Shown here one piece after another: positions 25,690-41,771 of a stretch of 64,000 nt of DNA. Numbering within the stretch: the first letter of the stretch is position 1; each line of letters starts with the position of its first letter. The notes below the pieces were generated by a model, which was not told the origin of the DNA, made no database searches, and worked only from the letters and a program-made list of their open reading frames with translations. This stretch comes from Eledone cirrhosa (lineage: Eukaryota), in contig OZ024743.1 of the NCBI GenBank assembly GCA_964016885.1, forward strand, positions 216,752,001 to 216,816,000. The letters are read 5' to 3'. Position numbers and translations under genes: made by a program.

Positions 25690-26880
25690 ATACTGATTTA
25701 CCGACCACCTTTCGCACTTATTCCACCCTCCTTTTGAATCCCTCTCTATGTCTGCTACACGGCACTCATCCGTTATCCTTTCTCTACATCTTTAATCACC
25801 AAATTCTCCGCTCTCTATATCTAATATACAAAACACTCTCCCAATCCCCCCTTTTACATCAATCATCTCCAAACTCTCCCCTTCGATATGTCTACAACAC
25901 TCTCTTGTAATCGTCCTGTCTCTATCCATCATAAACTCCCTCCTCTATATTTTTTACGATACAGTCTCTCCCTATCACCCTCTCTATATTTAGTAATATA
26001 TCTCTCTACCAACCCCTCATTATATCTACAAACATCAAAATCTACACCTCTACTTATCTAGCAATACATATATCTATCGATACTCTATTCATTACCAACA
26101 AACACTTGCCTCTCTACATCATCCATATAACACTCTCATGCAATACACCTCTTTATATCAATTAACACCAAACTCCCCCACTCTTTATCTCGTACACGGA
26201 ACTCTCTTCCAATACCCTTTCTATGTAAATTTACACCAAGCTCTCCCCCTATTTATATCTACTACTCGGTACTCTCTCCCTTCTCTATATTAATTATTAC
26301 CAAACTCTCCCCCTCTCTCTATCTACTAAACAGAACTCACTTCCATTCCCCCTCTATATATAAATAAACATCACTCTATCCCCTTCTCTATATCGAATAT
26401 ACAACACACTCTCCCAACCCCCTCACTATATCAATCACTATCTCCCTCTCTCTATATCTATTATACAACACTCTCTATCATTTCCTCTCACTTTAGCCAT
26501 CGCTACCACACTCATTTCCTAACTATATTTGTCGATACTTATCCTCTAACTCTATTCATTACCACCAAACACTCAACCTCTCTATATCTATAACACGGAA
26601 CTCTCTTCCAATCCCCCCTCAATATATCGATTCACACCAAACTCTCCCCCTCTCTATATATATTACTCGGTACTCTCTTCTAATCCCACTCTATAACAAT
26701 TATCACCAAAGTCTACCCCTCTCTATATCTACTACATTGAACTCACTTCCCATCCCCGTCTCTGTATCTATTAGCAACACATTCTCCCCTTCTCTATATC
26801 ATTTAACACCAAAATCTTCCCCTCTCTATATCTTCTATACAACAAACTCTCCCAACCCCCGTCTCTATATCAATTACCAC
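25690..26880. repeat. Degenerate CT-rich minisatellite (CTCTCCCC..CTCTCTATATC, ~35-40 bp subunits, higher-order ~440-bp repeat), resuming at 32495-32612
   Basis: Repeated motif visible; CACGGAACTCTCTTCCAAT occurs at ~26196 and ~26595. Confidence 0.75.
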
Positions 26881-27068
26881 TTGATATAGACGCGAATTAC
26901 TTCGCTCCGGACTTTTACGGATTATTGTCAAAAAAACTGTGAGTTCATTGCTCAATTTAATAGCATTGTTTAGTTTAACCCCTTGTCTGGGCCGTAAGAC
27001 GTTGAGTCAACTAATTTTCGCCCCTTTCTGGGGCGAAATTTTCATTTTCATCTCAAAACTGTGTAGAC

Positions 27069-28824
27069 TTGGTATCAGCAATGGATGCCATTTCCACCTC
27101 GCACACTCTCGTGAGGGCCACGCCCACTAAGAAAAGTGTTGGAGGGAAGGTAGGAGTACAAAGCTTGCAGCCTTGCCCCCTCGCATTATCGAAAAACGTT
27201 GAAAATATTGAAACCACGAAACCAAACCCGGTAAATAATACCAGCACCAACAACATGAACAATGACAATAACACCACAACCAACAACTGCAACAATAGCA
27301 ACACCAAGGAAAACATGAACAATATTACCAACAGTGACAGCAACAAAAAAGACAACACCACCAAAACAACATTCGCACAGACTGTAAAAAAAAACCGAAC
27401 TATACACGCCAATAGACATAACAAATGCTAAACAACTATTACAAGACGCAAAACAATTCGTGACTTTTGGCGAAAACGGTGCTTTTTAGCATCAATTCTC
27501 GACAGGAATTACATAGAGAGGCTGTCCTGAATACTGTGGTTTTCAGGACAATATCGAACGAAACAAGAAAACCAGCTCAATTATCACAAAATGAAATTGA
27601 TTGGTTCTAAAAGATGCAATGAAGGACTTAACCTTCATACAAAAAGGTAAACTGTTTGGCAGCATTTCGGTGCTAATGAACAACCAGTCAAAAACACAAA
27701 AGTACTCGGTATCACCCATTGTATCCCCCCGCTTCACCTTTTTCTCCACATACAGGGGGAAAAGAACACAAAGAATAAAAATAATGAGTATCACACCAAA
27801 TGTAAATATTTGGTGGATACTATGTGGAATCATTGACTTTGATCAAGACAAGATAATTTCAATAGGAAAGTCCTCCGGGGGTGTATTTGGTGGGACCAGC
27901 GTAGAAGTTCTGGTGCAAATGAGCCCAGAACGAATAGCGAATATCCCACAGCGCGTGCCTCTGGACGGGCTAAATTATATAAACATTTCAGTGGAAGGAA
28001 GGCGGTCGTCATGTTACCACTGCTTAAGCAGGGTTCACCTGAGGGCTGCCTGTCCTCAATTAACGAGTAAAAAACAAAAGGCTCTTCTGCCAACCCCGAA
28101 CACAACAAGACGACCACCACCACCACCACCACCACAACACGGAAAAATAGCAACACAAAACACTGTTCCACCCAGCCCCTCCCCACCTAAAACAAATACA
28201 AAAGCAACCAAAACAAAACCCCAAAATATACCCCTCCCCAACAACACGGAAGAGGACTCCGTATCAACGTCACCCAGTGACGACGAGGGAGAACCCTTTC
28301 AACAGGTGAAAAAGAAAAAAAAAAGGCACCACATTAACAAAAATGCCACAAACACACAACCACCAGAACAAACATCACAAACAAAAAAACCCATCCCTCC
28401 CCAAAACATAACACGTACTACAAAACGCAAACACGCACAAGAACAACAAACAAAAACAAACACAACACAACAAAAACTCTATACATACATTAACAAGAAC
28501 AATAAAACGTTGATGAAAGCGATAGAAAATAACACTTCGGTGGAAACCGAATGGATCACTTTCACCTACGCAGCGAACAAACCGCACCTAATGATGATTC
28601 GGGTCCCAACGGAAACCTATGTAACTTTGAAAAAGAACCATCCAATGCATGTGGGGACCAAATGCACCAAACCACGTCCTATTAAGATGTTACCCCACCC
28701 CCACACCAGACACCCACACACTGATGTCCTCACCCACCACAAACCAGCACCCCACCAAACAACCCTTCCAAGACCCCCATGGAAATTATGCAGCCTGGTC
28801 CCCAGGAGACGAAGAGGTAAGTAA
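27069..28824 (+). pseudogene. Tx1 ORF1 (gag-like, zinc knuckle), split into 27069-27431 and 27601-28824
   Basis: VEGRRSSCYHCLSRVHLRAACP is a CX2CX4HX4C motif; FQQVKKKK and TFAQTVK are typical ORF1 motifs. Confidence 0.8.
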
Positions 28825-28861
28825 TTTACCGTCCTCTTCCTTTTAACTCTTCAGCACCAAC

Positions 28862-31800
28862 ATGGCCAATATAAGAGTTGGATGTGTGAATGCACGCGGC
28901 CTGGGGATGTCCTGGAAACAGGGCAAACACTTAAATGACCTCAGGGCGCACAGAGTGGATGTAATGGTTATTTGCGAGTCAAGGATCAGCAGCGAGCGCC
29001 AACTGGCCCCCATCTTCGACGACTTTGAGATCTACGCATCTCTCTGTCAGCCGAGGGGTGGGGTGGGGTTGTCGTTCTGCTGCGAAAATACCTGGGTCTT
29101 GCCACACAGAAGGTACACCTGGACCCTGAGGGTCGACTGGTGGTTTTAGACGTCGGCAGTGGTGAAGTTGGAGCTTTCAGGCTGGTGGCAGCGTATGCCC
29201 ATCTGGGACACCGCGACCGGACTTCTTCGACGCCTGGAGAATTTCCTGGGAATGTCTCGCTCCTTGCTTTTAGTGGGGGACTGGAATGGTATCCTGGATG
29301 CACGTTGGGACTATGTAGTGGCATGTCCCGATAGAGGGGGGTGTAACAGCCTCAAACGATTAATCGGCCGATTTGATCTGGCCGATAGATATCGACTAGA
29401 TTTCCGACAGTGCCACTGTGGACGTGGACTAATCGTAGCGGAACATCTAGGTCGTATCTAGATAGGTTCCTAGTTAGAAATAAGGACAGGGACATATTAA
29501 GCTGTCCACGAATGTTCATGGTTGACTATTCGGATCACAAGTTGGTGACCGGAGTGGTCAACCTTGATAGAACTCATAGACAGGGACCCGGTTACTGGAA
29601 GCTAAACTTGTCTTTACCGACAAACAAAGCTTACAGTAAGCGGATTAGCACACTATTTAAGCAATTTGACGGAGGCAATTGTCAACAGCAGGTGGTGGGG
29701 CTCTCTCAAGAGAGAAATTAGAATAGAATCGATAGGTTTTAGTCGGGAATTAGCATCAGATAGGAATAGAAATGAAAGGGAATTAACAAAGAGAGTAGAA
29801 GAGGCGATTAGGAGTGGCAACGTGGCCGGCGTGCTGGCGTCAAGAACGGCCCTAGACCAGTTCTTTGATGCGAAGCACGAGGGCTGCGTTGTCAGGAGTA
29901 AAATACGTGCTCTGGGTAACGAGGGAGCCAAAGCTGTTAGCTGGGCCCGAGTGACAGATGCAATAAGTGGAAACAAGTCCACGATTCGGTCTTTGAAGGA
30001 CCAGGATGGACGCGTGATCCTTGAACCTGAGCGGATGAGCGCGGCCTTTCAACGGCGCTTTGCACCACTGTTCGGGGGGGGGGTCGTGGATTTCGGTCCT
30101 TACCTCGACGATCTGGCGCGGCTCTCGGACGGGGAGGCGAAGTCCTGCGAGAGGCCGATTTCAGCCGCTGAAATAGGGGAAACGCTGAGCCAATGCGACA
30201 AACGCAATTCTCCGGGTCTCGATGGTCTACCATACGAACTTTATGTAGCGATGCCGGGCTTATTCTCCGGTCTCCTCGAGGCGGTCTACTGCAACTGGCA
30301 ACGGAACGGGAGAATTCCCAGTTCTGTGACCAAGGGCGTAGTCACGCTGGTGAGGAAGGACGAGAACAAGGGGGATGACATAGATAACTTCAGGCCCATA
30401 ACTCTGCTAAACACAGAGTTAAAGATTTTGGCCAAGGTGTTAGCGAAGAGGTTGGCGCTTGTCGTCGGGAACCTGGTGGGAGAAGCGCAGACATGCGCAA
30501 TCCCGTCCAGGTCCATACACGACAACCTCCACCTCATGCGATACATCGTAGAGAGGGTAGGGAACGAACCCGGATTTGGTAGGGCCCTGATCAACTTGGA
30601 TCAATCTAAGGCGTTCGATAGGGTTGACCATCGGTACCTGGATGCGGTGCTCGCGGCGGCAGGATTTGGACCCGTTTTCAGGGGCTGGATTGCTGCAATG
30701 CACAGCAGCAACACCTGCTCGAGGGTCAAGGTGAACGGCTACCTCTCGGAGCCGTTCCAAATCACGCGATCCATTCGAAAGGGATGCCCTCTCTCCTCCT
30801 TCCTGTATGTGCTGGCTCTCGAGCCACTACTGCGGAAGCTGGAGCTGTTGCAGGGCATCCCCTTGGAACCGGGTTTGCGGAAAGCTGTGTCGACCTACGC
30901 CGATGACGTGAGAGTAATGGTGTCGTGCGCCTTGGAAATCGGGCAGATCGGCACCTTACTGGAGGAATATGAACGGTTCACAGGAGTCAAGCTGAACCGG
31001 GACAAGTCCGTCGGTTTGCAACTCGGGACGTGGAGGGGCAAAACGATGCCCTCCGACGACATCGTCGGACGCTGGACGGAGGGACCGGTGAAGCTGCTCG
31101 GGTCTGGTTCGGACCGGAACTCCAGGTGGAGAAAAACTGGGACGAGGTAGCGGGCAAGGTCTTTGCACACGCCCTGAATTGGGCCGAGTGCAAACTATCC
31201 CTGAAAGGTCGAGCGGAGGTGGCGAACGCTTATATAGCGTCCGTCATCTACTACCGCTTGACCGTTGTGCCTTGCCCAGAGAAAACACTCGCCAAAATGG
31301 AGCGCGCGCTCTTCCGATTTCTTTGGAAGAAGCGGGCTCCTTTGGTGAGAAGATCCATCTGCTGTCAACACCCTTCGAACGGAGGGCTGGGGATGCCGTG
31401 GCTGACGATGCGTAGACACGCATTAAGGCTACGGCACCTCCAGGTATTCTTCACCGGTCAGCCGGTGTGGGCCCTGTTTGTGAGGCGAGCCTTTCCGAGC
31501 CTTGTCTCACTCACCGAGCTGCGATCCTGGGTCAAGCAAAGACCGAGAAAAGTGGGCGACTGGCACATTGAATGTGCCCTGGCGCTCGCGGCCCTTTGGC
31601 AAGCGGATCCGGCAATCAGTGGAGACTCAACCTCAATATTCTATAGAGGGTTGTTGCGCAGTAATTGCGATGACGCTCTCGGAGAGGCTCTGGGCATGGA
31701 GGTAGACGAGCTGGCCAGTCTGTTCGGTAGGACGTTTGGCCCGGGACCGATGGACAACTTCCAAAAGTTCCTGGCTTGGCAATGTTACCGAGGAGCTCTA

Positions 31801-32260
31801 CCCGTTCGGGACAAGCTCTACAGACACGGGCGCCCGGGTAGGGACCCCTCGAAGAAGATCTGTCCAAGATGCGCGCGTGAAGAGGAAACCGTCGCACACG
31901 CATTCGTACACTGCCCGGGCGTTGCTGACCTGTGGGGCTATTTAGAACGACTACTGTCGCGGGTGGGACCAATCCGGTTGACCACCGAGAACATTGTCAC
32001 GATCAAACCGCCTCCCCCTTTCAAAAACGAAGGAGAGGCGGTTTTCCTCTGTGTGATAGCCATGGCAAAAGAAGTTGTATGGTGGACAAGGTTGAAAGGG
32101 CCAACAACTGGTCTTTTTTTTCAAGTACCACTTTAGAAGAAGGATCAGAATGGAGAGAGAGGTGCTCTACCCCAGCAAGTTTTATGAAAGATGGGTGAAA
32201 GTAGCGAGAATGGCCCGAGTGAATGGGCCTTCTCTCTATATCAGCCTGTAGGTGAGAGAG
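28862..32260 (+). pseudogene. Tx1 ORF2 (APE + RT + C-terminal CCHC), several frameshifts
   Basis: APE: NARGL, GDWN, SYLDRF, SDH, YWKLN. RT: SPGLDGLPYE, FRPITLLN, LDQSKAFDRVDH, GCPLS, YADD. Zinc finger: CPRC...ETVAHAFVHC. Confidence 0.9.
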
Positions 32261-32751
32261 GAGAAGAATGAGAAGAGGAAGGAAGCACGCGCTCTTTGTG
32301 CTCATGAAGAGGAGGGTTGCACATTTTTTCGGGGGTGTGTGCGACCCATGTCAACGCCCCTCCCTATTGAGGACATCGATCGTTAAATCTAATTTGTTAT
32401 ATGTTTTTACACGTCTTTTTAAATGTATGTAAACTCCCCCCTTTGTATTTGTCCCAATCTTTGATGCCCTGGTGGCAAATAAATAGAAATATATATCAGT
32501 TAACACGAAACTCTCTCCTCTCTACATCTAATATACAACACACTCTCCCAACCTGCCTCTCTATATCAATTACCACGAAACTCTCCCACTCTCTATATCT
32601 ATATCTCCCATTTAATTCTACATAACATGTACCTAAATTGTAGCGCATATAAAGAAATAGATGTGTTTTTTTGGTAACTTTGTGAGAAAAATATAGCTAT
32701 TGGGAGGGGGCATGGTTTCAAATCCCCCTCCCCAGAGTCCCACCGTCCCTG

Positions 32752-32782
<31 letters not shown>

Positions 32783-33042
32783 CAAAATTAAATTAAGTGT
32801 GTCATGTCAGAGAGACATGCACCATATCCACTGTAGAATATGCTCCAAGATTCCAATGAATAGATCCGAGCATTTTATATCAACTAGAAATTGATTGACA
32901 TATATATATATCTAAAATAAACATATGAAACAATCACAGGGAATAATTTGTAAAAGTGTGTAAGCACACATAGCTAGGTAGGTAACTAATAAAAGTTTAA
33001 CTAGAACTTAAAAAATAGATACCTTATAAATTGATTAATCTT

Positions 33043-33123
33043 CCTTGTATATATTTCATTAAAGAAATATATTTCACCATCAATCGATCGGTAAACAACA
33101 GTAGCCAAATCCGGATTTTCAAC

Positions 33124-33127
<4 letters not shown>
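33043..33127 (-). ncRNA. Type I hammerhead motif, U3-A8 variant, full stem III
   Basis: Minus strand reads CCTTG-TTGAAAA-T-CC...GG-T-GAAA-TATATTTC-tttaat-GAAATATA-TA/CAAGG. Stem I 5 bp, stem III 8-9 bp, weak stem II. Confidence 0.6.
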
Positions 33128-33177
<50 letters not shown>

Positions 33178-33599
33178 CATATATAGTTACATATGATTTT
33201 GTATATACGTATCTATCTTTCACCCTATGTATATTTCAATCTTTTCATATGCCTGAGTGCATATCTTTAATTTACAGTAGTGTTGTGATTGTAGTTAATT
33301 TTCTATAGTTACTAGGTGTAAATGAACCGATTTGGTGTTGGCTAGTGTGCGTAAAGATGATCATCATTGGTTCAACAAAAGTAAGCTGTAGCAACAGCTC
33401 TATTGTTAGTTTCATAAGTTTCATCAATATTGGTAGTAAGAGTAGTTGATGTAATAGTAATACCATAGTAGTTGATGTAATAGTAATACCATAATACATG
33501 TTAATGCATTTATTTTGACTTAGATTTACTTTACTTGAGAAGTTATTTGCTCCAAAGCATTCTAGCATTTAACATTCTCAGATTGGTGTCTGCATATGT

Positions 33600-34660
33600 A
33601 GATTTGCTTTTCCAATACCAAATTTAATTCACTAGAACGTGGACATGCTTTGTGACAATGTGCCCGTTATATTTAGCAGGTAACCTGAGACATCCACGAC
33701 GACTCGGAATATTGATTTTAGACAGAGGCACAAGGTTATAGTTGATTATATTGATCCAGTAATTCACTGGATGTAAGTTAATTTGCTGACGCTGTTTAAC
33801 TTGTTACAACTCTACTTATTTGGCTGTTGCTGATGTGAATTGTGTTATAATTGTTGTTGCTGCATTTGTTTTTATTGTGTTTGTGATTGGTATTGTTGGT
33901 GTTATTGTTATTAATAGTTGTTTTGATAGTGATGGCCTTGGTGATGGTTGTTAGGGTGAAAGTGCTAGTTGTGTTGTTGCTGTTGGTGGTGGTAGTGGTA
34001 ATGTGTCAATATTATAAAAAGATTAAGTGGATAATTCCTCCAAATGTGATGTTATGGTTATTATTCTTGATTTTGTTCCCTTTGCTGTAGTTTATATTGG
34101 TGCTGTTATTGCTGCGGTTGTTACTTTTGTTTTTTGTTGGTTGTTTTGTACTTTTGTTGTCATCATAGTGGTGTTGGTGTTGGTGGTGTTGGTGGTGCTG
34201 GTTGTGCTGGTGTGATGTTGGGGCTGGTGCTTTGCTTCCTATTATGGCGGTGGGGTCGGTAGCTTTCACGACTGCGGACTTTGGCAATGGTGCGAAATCA
34301 AGTTCATGCATACTCCTTGCTGGAGGTGATTTTTGGTTTTGGCTTTGGTTGTTGTTGTTGTTGTTGTTGTTGTTGTCGGTGCTGTTGTAGCTTTTATTGT
34401 TGCTGCCGTTGGTTGTGTCTGTTAAGGTAGTGGCGACTGTGGTGACGTTGTTGATCTTGCTTTTCTTGTGCATGTCGTCGTCGCTCTTCCTAGGGGAAGA
34501 GACTTCTGAATCTATTAATTTTTTTTTGTTTTTTTTTGTTTCGTTTTTTTGGCGGGGGGGGGGGGGGGGGGGGCAAACAGTTAAATGTAGCGTTAACCTT
34601 TTAACTTCCAAAGATAAGGAGAAAAGGACCTATTCCCTCACCATCTGGTTGGTTTAGCCA
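33600..34660 (-). mobile_element. Probable 5' / ORF1 remnant of an L1/Tx1-like LINE
   Basis: ORF 34012-34611 is N/T/K/H-rich and strand-biased like the Tx1 ORF1 at 27069-27431; no diagnostic motif. Confidence 0.3.
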
Positions 34661-34919
34661 GAGTAATATAACAAAAACCAAAGTAAAATGATTCAAATAC
34701 AGTTGAAACTCAACAAAATTTAAAGAGCATAAGATGATGTCGATTACCTCCAACACTTCTTAAACCATCACCCCTTTCCTTAACGATCTACCTCTAACCT
34801 CATCCGAACTGGTCCTCGACCTCAACTGTTTTTCCTTCTCGGTTGAGATTAACCAACAGGTAATTGGCGCCATTTCACTCGCTGGGGAGCAGTTCGTCTC
34901 CTTTCTCTCTTCTTTTTAA

Positions 34920-35115
34920 TAATAATTGTTTCTATTTTTGGCACAAGGCCAGAAATTGTCGCAGTGCATTACTGGTACTGTATTTTATCAACCCCGTAAC
35001 GATGAAAGGCAAAGTTAACCTCAGCGGGATGTGAACTCAGACCATAAAAGACCGTAACTCTTTGCTGCAAAGCATGGTGTCAGACCCTCTATCAATACTG
35101 CCAATCCACCGCCCT
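34920..35115 (-). mobile_element. tRNA-derived SINE copy
   Basis: Reverse complement of the 23228-23425 consensus. Confidence 0.85.
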
Positions 35116-35499
35116 TCTTTCTAATAATAATTATTATTTAGGTATAAGGCTCTAGGTCAGCAATTTGAAAGGAATGAGAAATTCGAATATATTAACCCCA
35201 GCACTTAGCTGGTACCGTACTGATTATAATAATAGTGATGATTAATTATTTCGACGATTATGATAATGCTGATGGTAGCAACTGTTAGGTGATTATGGTG
35301 ATGATTCTATTGGCAATGATGTTACACAGATACGCTTACAATAGAGTTGTTGTGGAGGAAGAGGAGGAAGGGTGAGATGAGGATGTGGAGAAAGAATGAT
35401 CATTTGTAGAAGCTTTAGTACATGTTTTGTAAACATTTTATAGTAAAAGTAGTAGCAGCTGCAGCAGTAGTATTTAGTATTAGTAGTATTAGTAGTAGT

Positions 35500-35500
35500 A

Positions 35501-35586
<86 letters not shown>
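35500..35586. repeat. (ATT)n(AGT)n trinucleotide microsatellite
   Basis: Directly visible. Confidence 0.95.
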
Positions 35587-35587
<1 letters not shown>

Positions 35588-37249
35588 AGGATGCGTTAAT
35601 TGTTAATTTTGTTCTCATTCTATGAAATATTATCCCTTAACAGGACACGGTAACAATGGCTAAAACAATAGTGATTTCATTTGAATAGAGTCACAGTATT
35701 ATTTTATATGAAACGAGTTTGCTTCATAGAATTAACTCAACATAATTCGTATTAACGACCACGAACGTAGTAGAAGATAGCAAGGGCAAAAAAAGCGAGA
35801 GAATGAGAGTGGTAGAGGGGGGGGGGCGAGGATGGAAAGAGATAGAGAGAGAGAGAGAGAGAGATAGAGAGAGAGTGAGAGCGAGAGAGCGAGAGAGAGA
35901 TAGAGTGAGTGAGAGAGAGCAAGAGGGGAGAGAGAGAGAGACATTAAGGAATAAGATAGAGGAGGGAGAATACTTTAGATATTTTTGTTGATTACCAAGA
36001 GGTTAGCCATGAGTCAAATAACTATCATCAATGGCATCACTGCCATAAACATCCAATGGGTTTCTCTTTCAAGTAGCGAAAGCTCCATTAGTTTTGGATA
36101 TGTCTTCCGCCCTTTCGACACCTTCAGTGTCCCACCTTCTACACCCATTCTTTTCACCCTCAACATAAAACACCCTCTACATGTTCGTCCCCGTTCCCTT
36201 CAACACATCCTCAAACTTCGGCCTTCCCCTCTACGCTCTACCTCAACACTCATCCATCTTGCCGAACTGATTCTCTCTCTGAAACGTTTTTCCTGGTCGG
36301 ATGAGTTTTACCATGTAATCCGTGCTCCTTACTGTCATTCATCTGCTTATTCCACCCTGTACTCGACTTCACTCCCTTTATCTCCACCACCTCCGTTCAC
36401 CTTCTGAACGTCTATATCTCTGTTGAACCTTCCCATCGTTCCCATTATCAATATTGTCCAGATTGGATATATCTGTGCTCTACTTGCTAAAGCTATGGGA
36501 TGAAAACTTAGGACACATTCATTCATGGTCCCTAAACCCTTTAGCATTTAGATTACTCTATATGTACCATTGTATTTTCGTGATTAAGGCTTTACTTTAC
36601 ATAATATCGAATCTATGAGGTTTTGATGTGATTTATTTTGAGAAAAATAACTTTACATCAGTATTAGTGGCCAGTTACGGGCGGTTTGAACAGAAAAGGG
36701 TGAGAGGATTCTAGCCGGATACAGCGGGTTTAAATGCTAAAGGGTTAATTCCCGATGGAGCCATAGTGGTGCTGCATTGATATACTGTGTTTCTAGGGTA
36801 TATTTAAACCTGTCGGATCACAGTTCTCTCCAGGTTTGAATACAGCAGATTTCTCACAGAAAAGGAAAGACATATTGAGAAAATGGAAGTGAGAAAGATA
36901 TATCGCGGAAGAATCGACCACAGTACTAGACTGGGACTTTTCCATGGACCCCAAATGGATGAAAGGTGAAAGTTGAAACGAATACCGCAAAGCATTCTAT
37001 CCGACGTTCTCACCACTCTGCCAGTTCGCCGCCTACTTAGGACATACCCGATCACAAACCAAATCACCTCCACTCAACACCACAGTCAAGAAGGAAAGAA
37101 AATAAAACAGCTTACCTCTCGACAAAGGGGCCAGTGCCGTCAATGATCCCTATAGTTCCGACAAGGCTCCTCCAACCCCACAGAAAGACAAAGACGAGAA
37201 ATGAAAAATTAAAGCGAAAGATAATTAGCGTAAGAAATATATATATATA

Positions 37250-37758
37250 AGTACATTGTACCTGTTGAGGTATTCATCCACTTCTATAATTTTTCTCCTT
37301 ATGTAGAGAACAACACGTTGAATAATGCTGCTAATTTTAGTGGCAATATCAACATGTTTATAATATACAGCTATTATCAGCGACCTGATTTTGCGTGTGT
37401 GTCATTTTAACGGCTTGACCGCAAGCGTTAGGCAGGGAGCAAAATATTTACTTGCTATGGGGCTTTCAACCTTATGGTGTGGAAATAGGCTGTCTGAAGA
37501 TTCATTTCTTTCCATTGGAAATTCTCTGGATTTCCAATCTTTTGGAATGATGAAACCGTCGGTAACAGCAATGGAACAGGTGATTATTTGAATCGTTTTT
37601 TAATTTATTTAGAGAATTGTTTAATAACCGCTTGCTTCGCTACTTTTTATATTGTTCTGGCATCTCGAATTAGTACCATTGAACCACAGGTATTATAAAC
37701 AACTTGAATATTTCTACAAGTACATTGTACTGTACCCGTTGAGGTATTCATCCACTTC

Positions 37759-37760
<2 letters not shown>
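37250..37760 (+). mobile_element. Retrozyme-like monomer (~470 bp) with ~38-bp terminal redundancy, inserted in (TA)n
   Basis: GTACATTGTAC..GTTGAGGTATTCATCCACTTCTATA occurs at 37251-37287 and again at 37720-37762; central HHR. Confidence 0.65.
37489..37569 (+). ncRNA. Type I hammerhead ribozyme, canonical core
   Basis: GCTGT-CTGAAGA-T-TCATT...TTGGAAAT..ATTTCCAA...AATGA-T-GAAACC-GTC-GGTA/ACAGC; predicted cleavage after 37564. Confidence 0.85.
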
Positions 37761-37795
<35 letters not shown>

Positions 37796-37919
37796 GTATA
37801 TATGTATATATATATATATTTTTTTTTTTAAAACGATCGACTTTCGTCAAATCGGACCGAGGGAACAATGTTTCCGTTGGTCTTTCCAATTGCTAATACT
37901 ATCCATCGGTCGCAACTCC

Positions 37920-38047
37920 AGGTAGAAGGAACAACGTGAAATAAAGTGTCTTGCTCAAGGACATAACGCATCGCCTGGTCCAGGAATCGAACTCACAACC
38001 TTACGATTGCGAATCCGATTCTCTAACCACTCAGCCACACGCCTTCA
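37920..38047 (-). mobile_element. Second tRNA-derived SINE family (CORE/V-type)
   Basis: Minus strand has A-box TGGCTGAGTGG and B-box GAGTTCGATTCC, then GTCCTTGAGCAAGACACTT. Confidence 0.75.
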
Positions 38048-38049
38048 CT

Positions 38050-39566
<1,517 letters not shown>

Positions 39567-39622
39567 TAAACAAATAATGAATAAAACAATGAAACAGTTC
39601 CTTATATTAAACAAAAAAAGTT

Positions 39623-39772
39623 CATTATTTAACGATCGTTTCTAGGATATATATGTGTTAGAATTGGCATGCATATTCAACAGATCTATGTATAAAATTA
39701 TACAAAATTATACAAACTATCAAGATTAAATATACATACCAACACATATATACGCCGTCTTCAGAAATAATG
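39623..39772 (-). ncRNA. pLTR hammerhead with extended stem II (copy A)
   Basis: Reverse complement of 55549-55698. Confidence 0.75.
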
Positions 39773-40415
39773 AAATATATTTATTGATAATAACAACAAT
39801 TCAAAATTTCAGGTCCGTTTGGGAACAAAATTGACCAATGAAAATACAAAAGGTTTTATGCAGTTCGGTGTGTGTATATACATGTAACTACCCCGTACTC
39901 ATATTTATACAAAAATGTATGCTCAACATGCATACGCTTGCCAAAAAGATGCATGCAAATACAAAATTTCAAGGTTAATGTCTCTGTAAGTTTATAATGC
40001 ACATATAAGATGCGTATAGACACATAAATATGAAATAAGTGTATACACATATTCTCATACTCACACATATCCGTACAATCACACACACGCGCGCGTATAT
40101 GCATAAACATACACATAATTACGAACATACACACACACACATGCCCCCACACACATATATATATATGTGGATATAATATTATCATAAGCACATGGATATT
40201 AATTCACTCACATAAACACTGCCACACACATTTAGATCAAGATACAGAAATTAGGTGGGAGGGGGGGAGAGGTCAGTATTCAACGGTTTGGGCAGACTGC
40301 TTATTTATAGATGTATCTATAAACTAAGAAATAAAAAATAAAAATTAAAAAGGAAAGAAAAGAAAAAGAAAAACGAGAAAAAAGAAATATATCAAGAAAA
40401 TATATATATATATAC

Positions 40416-40488
<73 letters not shown>

Positions 40489-40570
40489 CACACATCTACA
40501 CTTAGAACATACATACACACACATGTATAAACATATACATATACACACATACACACATATACACACATAC

Positions 40571-40613
<43 letters not shown>

Positions 40614-41132
40614 TACACATATAATCACACATACATATATAGACACACATATATATACACATACACGCACATATAGATACACATACATACTTATATACAT
40701 ACAGATATACACATACATACCTATATATACACACAAATACATACAGACATACATACATACGTACAAACAAATACTTACGCATCCATATATCGGTATATAC
40801 ATACAAACACCACTACACTCTCACACAACTCAGACATACAAAGAAAAAGGTATATACCTATACACATATACATATACAAATAGAGATACATATACATATA
40901 TATATATATATACACATATATATATATATATATATACACATACACATATACACACATACATATACATACACATACATACATGTACACACACATACATATA
41001 CATACATACACACATACACACATACATATATAGTCATACACACACATACACCTACACGAACATACACATACACATATATAAAGATATATATACACACACA
41101 CACATACACACACACACATATATATAAAATAA

Positions 41133-41183
<51 letters not shown>

Positions 41184-41740
41184 CACATATACATAGACAT
41201 ACATGTACATACATACACATACATACATACATATACACACATATATATATATATATATACACACATAGACACATACATACATACACACACAACATACATA
41301 CACACACATATCTACTCATACATAGACAAAGATATATATTCATACATACATACGCACTTACATATACTCATATATACAAATACATACGCATCCATATATG
41401 CGTATATACATACAAACACCACTACACTCTCACACAACTCAGACATACAAAGAAAAAGGTATATACATATACATATATACACACATTAATAGAGCTACAT
41501 ATACACACATATATATATATATATACACATACATTTATATATATACACCCACACACACATACAACCATAAACACACATACAAACACACACATACACACAT
41601 ATATACATACATATATATACACACACACAAAAAACACACATACACATATATATTTTTACACATATATATACACATATATATACATATACACACCCTCACA
41701 TATACACACATACACATAAGTTATATTATAATAATAAATA

Positions 41741-41771
<31 letters not shown>

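Larger units (their letters stand above)
26885..32490 (+). mobile_element. Near full-length Tx1/L1-clade LINE, frameshifted
   Basis: ORF1 with CCHC knuckle, then ORF2 APE-RT-zinc finger, then a 3' UTR ending GCAAATAAATAGAAAT. Interrupts the CT minisatellite. Confidence 0.9.
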
